DNA of 64,000 nucleotides, taken from positions 186,001-250,000 of the forward strand of contig CDPCPM010000281.1 of the NCBI GenBank assembly GCA_976551045.1. The letters are read 5' to 3'. Under the pieces are notes generated by a model. That model saw only the letters and a program-made list of their open reading frames with translations. It was not told where the DNA came from and made no database searches. The translations under genes were made by a program, and so were the position numbers. Shown here piece by piece: positions 57,493 to 64,000 of the stretch (its first letter is position 1; every line of letters begins with the position of its first letter). This DNA is from Glaucostegus cemiculus. Taxonomy: Eukaryota.

Positions 57493-57984
57493 CTGGAAAT
57501 GAAAGCAAAATGATTGTTAAATTCATGAGCAGATTGCTGCATTTTGTAATATTTAAGATTAATGCATTTGCTTTTAGCTAAAGGTGACTTGGAAATGAAA
57601 ATGGGTTGATGTGTCACTGAATTTGCAATAAACAAAAACAACCCACATTATGGCATAGCTGTTTGATAAAAGTTGGATGATTTGCTACAATACCTTCCTT
57701 GCCAGATTGCATCTCCAGTATTAAAGCCAACCTTAGTAACTGGAATGTAATGTTCAATCCAGGGAGGGACTGTAAAGAATTGGGAAGTTGATCTTTGGGA
57801 CCAAAAGCATAGCATACTGATGGATGTTAGTGCTGGTGTCCTTGATCGCTCACCCCTCTCTTCTTCATTCAATTAAATTTATTTAAAACTTTATGAAATA
57901 GCCCAGATTAGGTAATGTATATTTAAGCAAGGCTTACTAAATGTTCATCCAAACTTTTTAGGCAATGCAAATAATCAATGATGC

Positions 57985-58110
57985 ATAGAGAAACAAAGGA
58001 CTGCAGATGCTGGAATCTAGATAAGAAACTCTGATGCTGAAGGAACTCAGCAGGCCAGGCAGCATCTGTGGAGAAAAGCAGGTGGTTAACATTTAGGGTC
58101 AGGACCCTTC
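57985..58110. mobile_element. Penelope terminal-repeat arm (left member of an inverted pair)
   Basis: ggactgcagatgctggaatct...gaactcagcaggccaggcagcatctgtggag...gggtcaggacccttc. Confidence 0.75.
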
Positions 58111-58134
58111 TTTGTATACCTTTCTGGTGATATA

Positions 58135-58500
58135 CTTGTAAACATCCGCATCTCTCCTGTGTTTTTATATCTTGTTTATAGTATGACCAGAACTGTACAT
58201 TGTACAGTAGGAGTGGACCCTTAATCTTAATTTTTCTCTCTAAATATAAACCATAGTGTTTGGTTTGCCCTTTTCTAGCCATGTTAACCTGTGCTGCAAC
58301 TTGTAGTGATTGATGGTTTTGTACTCCAAAATCCCTTTGTTCCTCTACCCACCTAGACTCGCGCTTTCCAAGTAGTATGACCTCCCTATATTCCATACTT
58401 AAATATACTACTTCACATTTATCTGTGTTGAACTTCATTATTATTCCTGCTAATCTCTCCCTTTTATTGAAACTTATCAAAAGCTGTTTTCATAATCTTA
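58135..58500 (-). mobile_element. CR1 LINE fragment
   Basis: ORF 57923..58480 MKFNTDKCEVVYL...EQRDFGVQNHQSLQVAAQVN...YNVQFWS. Confidence 0.75.
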
Positions 58501-58708
58501 CTCCATTTTCTACCTGTTTATTAATTTCATGATAAGCATTTGCTGATTTTTTTGTTCCTGGCACTTTATTTTGTTTTTTCTGTCAACATTCCAAGCTTCT
58601 AATATAATACCATTCTTATTCTTTTCTAGATAGCCTTGTCTGTACTTTTCAAGTGTAGTTTATATTCCTTATACAAGTCCCATACAGAAAGATGTGAGGA
58701 AAATTTAT

Positions 58709-58845
58709 GTCAGTCCAGATGAAGGGTCTCGACCTGAAATACTGACCTTTCGCTTCCCTCCACAGATGCTGCCTGACCTGTTGAGTTCCTCCAGCGATTT
58801 GTGTTGTTTCAGATTCCAGCATCTGCAGTCTCATGTCTCTCTCTC
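58709..58845. mobile_element. Penelope terminal-repeat arm with a degenerate hammerhead motif (right member of the inverted pair)
   Basis: cagtc cagatga agggtc tc gacct gaaat actgac...ccacagatgctgcctgacctgttgagttcctccagc...cagattccagcatctgcagtc. Confidence 0.75.
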
Positions 58846-59939
58846 TCTCTCTCTCTTCCCCCTCTCTCTCTTCTCACCCCCCCCCCCCCCATAGATGCTG
58901 CCTGAACCACCGATTATTGATTATTTCTGGTATTTACTGTTTTCCCGATTTCAAACTGCTTCTCTGGGTTCTAAATTGCTATCTTCCAGGCGGATCAGAC
59001 AAATAAACTAGGGATGTTGTGGCTAATGTTTGCCAAAAAAAAGAAATCCCAAGCATTTGTGCTTTCCTGGAGATCCAATGGGCAAAAACAAGGTGCAGCA
59101 CCAAACTACCAAGATCTATTTGATTATCAAATTTCAAACTGACGAGGCAATTGGATGTCTTGTGGCCTCAAAGGATGGGGAAATCTCCCACCCTTTGGTA
59201 GAAAATAGATTGTTTGGCCACTGGTCTGAACGGCATCAGGCTTGTATTCTTACAGTGATGGTGCAGGTTATTGGTGACTAGCTTCGGATATTACGTTTTT
59301 GTCTCAGGCTAAAATCTTTCTATCCTTGTGCTCAGGTTAAGACTTCAGGAATGAGACGGCATCAGAACAGACTAATGATGCTACAAAGGAAGTAAACGGA
59401 ACTAATATTGGAAACTTCCTGGTTAGTTATTGACATCTAAATGCAAAAAAAAAGCAGATGCTGAAAATCTGAAATAAAAACAAAATGCAGGAAACAATCA
59501 GCAGGCCAGGCAGTGTCTGGAGAGAGAGAGAGAGAGAGAGCTTGATGTATCAGGTACCATGCTGCCTGAGCCACTACAATCAAACTGAGCTGATGAATGT
59601 GGTTTCAGATCCCTAGTCTCCAGCCATCCATTTCTCATAGTTCCCCTGACCAGTTCCAACTTGATTCTATTCATTAACTGGCCCCATTTCAATATTGTTT
59701 AAACACCACCACTAACTTGTATCTCTTGCTCAGTTCCTGGCGGTGATCTGCTATCTTGTTTGTGTGAGTGTTTGTGTGTGATGTCCCAATCAATGGAATG
59801 ATCTGCCTGGAAGGCACACAAACAAAAGCCTTTCACTCAGTAATAAACCAATGCCCAATTCTTCCTTCAGTGAAACAGAGCCCAGCCCGAGGAATGATTC
59901 CCAGCAAAGCTCGCCTTCACCCGCTGAGCAAAACTAACT

Positions 59940-60305
59940 CGATAGAGGTGTGCAAGATAAGAGGCATATTAGATTGAGGGGCAGTCAGAGACTTTTCTCC
60001 AGGGTGACAATAACTAATACGAGGGGGCATAATTTTAAGGTGACTGGAAGAAGATATAAGGGGGGGGGGGAGGGTGTCAGGGGTAAGTTTTTGTTACACA
60101 GAGAATGGTGGTGTGTGGAATGCACTGCCGGTAGAGGTTGTGGGGGCAGATACATTAGGGACATTTAAGAGACTCTTGGATAAACACATGAATGATAGGG
60201 AAATGGAGGGCTATGTGGGAGAGAAGGGTCGGATAGATCCTAGAGCAGGATAAAATGTCAGCACAACATTGTGGGCCGAAGGGCCTGCACTGTGCTATAA
60301 TGTTC
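59940..60305 (+). mobile_element. HER1/CR1-like LINE 3' end
   Basis: atagaggtgtgcaagataagaggcat...gagggggcataattttaagg...acattgtgggccgaagggcctgcactgtgctataatgttct. Confidence 0.85.
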
Positions 60306-60307
60306 TC

Positions 60308-60447
60308 TCAAAACAAGATGCTGGAGGAACTCAGCGGATCAGGCAGCTTCTGTGGAGGAAATGGACTGTCGACGTTTGGGACTGGTGTCCCCCCAGCATC
60401 TTGGTTTTCTTTTTTTGCTCCAGGTTGCAGCATCTGCGGTCTCTTGT
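60308..60447. mobile_element. Penelope terminal-repeat derivative abutting the ABHD15 splice donor
   Basis: gatgctggaggaactcagcggatcaggcagc...gtcgacgtttggg...ccagcatcttgg...gctccaggttgcagcatctgcggtctcttgt; closely similar to 62400-62604. Confidence 0.75.
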
Positions 60448-60449
60448 TA

Positions 60450-61620
60450 CCTGCTCAGGGCGGTTTTCCGATATAACAGCGTGAGCCAGCGGTAGAACGC
60501 GAGAGGCTCCGTCTCCAGCCAAGCCTGGCACCTGAAGATGGGCGAGATGCAAGCGGCCGCCGTGATGTAGCTGGAAGAGCCACACTCGCCCAGGTAGGAG
60601 AGCAGCAGCGCCGAGCCGGAGCCCTCGCTCGCCGCGTACAGCTTGGCCAGCGGGTGCTTGTACTGGATGTAGCTGACCGCCTCCCGCAAGTCCGACGGTT
60701 CCCCGAAGGGCTGGAGCCTGCAAGTGGTGAGCGGCACCCGGTTGTGGCAGCGCCGATTGAAGACCACCGGCCGGTAGCCGTGGCGTGAGGCCAGTAGGCA
60801 GAGCAGGGAGCAACCCCTGGTCACTTTCCCCAGGAAGTTCGGGATCAGCAGCAAGATAGGAGCCGGCGAGTTGCAGGACGCTCGCCTCGGGTTCCCGGAC
60901 CTGCTGACCGCCCAGTCGAGGGCGATAAGACCCTGGTCCGACATCTGCAGGTACTCCCGCAGGAAGCAGAGCCCTCTAGCCCGGGGCCATAAGCCGCTGT
61001 GGAGCGTCTGCAGGTGCGGCCACTCCCTCCACACCAGCCGGGAGTCCACGTCCAGGGAGAAGGTCTTGCAGGTTTTCAGCAGGTGGGTAGCGAGGGCTGA
61101 AGACTTGCAGATGAGCTTCGGGACTCCCTCGCCTCTCTCCACCGGCGAGGAATTGGGGACCTTCCAACCAGCCCAGAGGTACAGCTTGAGCAGAACCAGC
61201 GGTGTAGCGAGAAGCAGCAGGCAGACAGCAACGCCCCATGGTAACATTTCACACCGCTGGGGGGGTGGGGGTGGGGTCCCCACCAGTTGAATTGGGGGAG
61301 GATATCTCCCTCTACCTCTTTACCCCAGCGGTGCGCTCCCCCCTCACTTGTGGCCACGCTGGGTCATTGCTGGTCCACCGATGGGCATTCGGTAGCTCCT
61401 TCTCCGCGGGAGACACCTTGAGATCAGTTTGCTGTCTCCAAGTGGTGCCGGCTTGCCGCTGTGAGCCGTCCCGACCGTGGAGATGTTTGTTCAAGTCTTG
61501 GGCGGTTGCTCCAGTGTACACTTGGTCTGTGGAACATTTTTTTTCTGAAGATCTACTGCCCTGTAATGTCATCCCTCGGCATCGCCACGTTTCAAGGAAG
61601 GTTTTTTTTTGGACGGTGCC
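60450..61620. promoter_or_regulatory. CpG-island-like region covering ABHD15 exon 1 and its promoter
   Basis: Sharp rise in GC content and CpG frequency against the AT-rich, CpG-poor background. Confidence 0.7.
60451..61247 (-). CDS. ABHD15: ABHD15 exon 1 (MLPWGVAVCLLLLA...PHLQTL...REYLQMSDQGLIALDW...ASEGSGSALLLSYLGECGSSSY...ALS(R))
   Basis: ATG at 61247-61245; the ORF-track start at 61283 is a GTG. Hydrophobic N-terminus like human MPPWGAAL. Donor AG|gtaaca. With exon 2 it gives 1314 nt = 437 aa + stop. Confidence 0.94.
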
Positions 61621-61714
61621 TGACAGAGTCTTTTCACGCTCTAAGAATTTCCCAGGGTAATTACTGTTTGGGAGGATTGATTTGAAATGCAGCCAACTGT
61701 CCCGTAGATAAAGG

Positions 61715-61985
61715 TGGCAGAGCCCACAGCAAACAACAAGGTCCCACACTGCCAAATTAGATGAATATGCGATTAATTTGCAATTGGTGTTGTTGACTGG
61801 GAAATAAAATGTTGTGTCAGGACACCTTGCTCTTCCAGTCTGTGACATTCAACAATGTCATTAGAACAAAAGAAATATCCTGGAGACTGAAATGATACAA
61901 AACTTGGTGCCAACTCCAGGCTCTGAAACCATGCATTCCAGAAAAATCCTTACTCTTCAGCACTGAGGCACTCTGTCACTTTTGT
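61715..61985 (-). mobile_element. Decayed Deu-domain SINE (SacSINE1/AmnSINE1-like)
   Basis: caacaaggtcccacactgccaaattagatgaat...tgttgttgactgggaaataaaatgttgtgtcaggacacc...ctcttcagcactg resembles the antisense Deu domain. Confidence 0.5.
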
Positions 61986-62399
61986 ACCCCAACAGAATAT
62001 GCAGCATCCGATCAAAGTTTTCCCACTTTATCCAGTGCTACTGAAAGGGCTTAAATGTTTGTGTGAAAATGACTGTTCAAAATGCTTAATTGAGTGGTTT
62101 GGGCAGTTTGTCATTATTTATTTTGGTGGAAAATAATCACAATGGATTAAAATGGCAGTGCTTAGCTATTTTTACTGAAGTAGTTTGATGTGAATGAAAT
62201 ATGAAATATGAAATCTGTAGGATTGATTGTGGAATAAGTTTTAGTCTGTGCTAACACACACACACACTTAAGCAATGCCTTCTAACCTTGGGTGAGTTGG
62301 GAAGTGCCAGTGTTGTGATGCGTAGATATAACTGTGTTGGTTAAGAAGAACAGACCAGAGGGTCTTTGCTAAACTGTTACTGTTTGTAAGTAAAAAATT

Positions 62400-62604
62400 A
62401 AATTGCTGGAGGAACTCAGTGAGTCAGGCAGCATCTGTGGAGGGAAATGGACAGTTGAAGTTTTGGCTTGAGACCCTTCATCGGGACCCAAAACGTCGAC
62501 TGTCCGTCTCCCCCCAACAGATGCTGCCTGACCTGTTGAATTCTGCCAGCAATTTGATCTTTTTTTTGCTCCAGATTCCAGGATCTGCAGTCTCTTGTGT
62601 CTCT
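62400..62604. mobile_element. Compact fold-back Penelope-derived element (hairpin of ~155 nt plus tail)
   Basis: The 62400-62466 arm pairs with 62488-62555. The centre carries hammerhead half-motifs in both orientations. Confidence 0.8.
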
Positions 62605-63157
62605 ACTGTTTGTTTTTACTCTAATTGAACTGGTTAGTTTATTATGTCTCTCAACCACCAATTAGTAAAAGGTGATGGTTTCCATAGAAAATAACCTGAA
62701 TATCATAACAGAATTAGCAGCTTTCTATTTAAGGTTTGGGTGGTACATGCTGACAATGTTGTGTAGTACTGTACTGAAACTTTTGTTACAGTCTGGAATG
62801 TACAGCCTTGTGGCTCTACTGCAACATAAATGTCATCATTAAAAAGATAATACATTGTTAAGTACCACTTCCAACCTTCAGCAGCTAGTTTAATTGGCAG
62901 TCAATATTGAAAATATGGTAATTTCTGAAAATTCATAGCAAGATGCAAACTATCTCACAAAATGTTATATCCGTAATCCATTGTTACAAGTCAATGGATA
63001 ATTTAAATATTAATAATAACATGAATTTTTTTACAGAAATGTCTGGCCTAGTATTTCAGTCTATGGACTGAATTATTATTATATTAAGATGTTTCTTTCT
63101 CTAAATGTTGAATGTAAATTTATATTTGATGTTGAGGCTGTAGTATAAGATGCCAAC

Positions 63158-63232
63158 ATCAGAATTGGGTTTATTACAGTGACATATGTTGTGAAATTTG
63201 TTGTTTTGCGGCAGCAGTACAGTGCAAGACAG
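63158..63232 (-). mobile_element. Rex1-like LINE 3' tail
   Basis: atcagaattgggtttatt...gtgaaatttgttgttttgcggcagcagtacagtgcaa; same tail architecture as 2758-2790. Confidence 0.55.
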
Positions 63233-64000
63233 TGCTTTATTTGTGCTGCTTCAATATGAAAATCTATTTAGTGAACAATATGGAAATATACAAAACATAA
63301 TGCACATCGGCACAATGTTGCATGGAGTCTGTTAGACAAGGAAGTAACCTCCTAGCATTTCTTATCAAGGAATAGGCATGTAGGTTTATAACTGCACTAA
63401 CTTTTTGAGAAAAGCCACTGACAAGGATCAAAAAAAAAGAAAACAACTTCTCTGCTCAAATTAAACTAAAGCCCACAGCAGGTTCACCCTTATCTGTATT
63501 TGAAATGAAAGCAGTAACAGAGATGTACAGATAAAGTGGTACTTGGATGTAATAGATACAACAATTGGGCATGTATCAATGAATATATTCTTTAAGGATG
63601 TGCATTGTCTACCCTTAGTTCTAACCGATTAGAGGTCGTCTTTATTGTGTTAATTAACAGATAAACAATGAGTCAATGAATAATAAGAATGCCTCTCTAA
63701 GGAGTGTAACTTCAAAACCATGGCCTCCACCTGAGAGAATCCAATATTGCATCTAAACTGTGGTTAGCTCTGGAGATCTGTGCCCAAAACTTTGGAAAGA
63801 CAAATAACGTCTAGCAAAATTGTTCATTCAAGGGGCTGGCTGTTTTGCCAGTTGTGTGAGGGATCTATTTGAAAATGGTATTTTAACTGTTTTAATCTGT
63901 CTGTCTCCTTATCATTCAATATTGATTTAAATATTGCATGTTAAAATTAAAACAAATGATGTCATCCAATATGTTACGGTCCAATTTTCTAATGGGAAAG

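Noticed and set aside
57493-57641. 5' part of ORF 56976..57641
   Set aside because: Intronic read-through upstream of the AG acceptor at 57494-57493.
61248-61283. N-terminal extension MGTPPPPPQRCE of ABHD15
   Set aside because: The track start is a GTG. The ATG at 61247 aligns with the known MPPWG-type start.
60331-61848. Long overlapping ORFs (60331..60813-, 60871..61290+, 61238..61660+, 61312..61848-)
   Set aside because: These are shadow ORFs expected in GC-rich sequence overlapping ABHD15 exon 1 and the CpG island. They show no recognisable domains, and some run into repeats.

Overview
This is vertebrate genomic DNA from a cartilaginous fish. The repeat landscape (HE1/V-SINE-like, CR1/HER1-like, Rex1/Babar-like, Penelope-like) is typical of sharks and rays. 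Two genes converge, as at human 17q11.2. (1) The 3' part of TAOK1 lies on +: 15 coding exons from 438 to the stop at 46073, all GT-AG and phase-consistent, then a nearly repeat-free ~6.2 kb putative 3' UTR. The 5' exons lie upstream of the window. (2) The complete two-exon ABHD15 lies on - (61247-60451 and 57492-56976, 437 aa). Introns are filled with decayed retroelements. I see no prokaryote-type system (CRISPR, operon, defence island). Three observations stand out. A family of fold-back Penelope-derived elements has termini that jointly reconstruct a minimal hammerhead ribozyme, although no single copy is intact. One such element starts about 4 nt inside the ABHD15 splice donor. A duplicated 21-nt core in the TAOK1 3' UTR carries extended miR-183 sites. 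Repeat family names are by-eye recognition and repeat boundaries are approximate.
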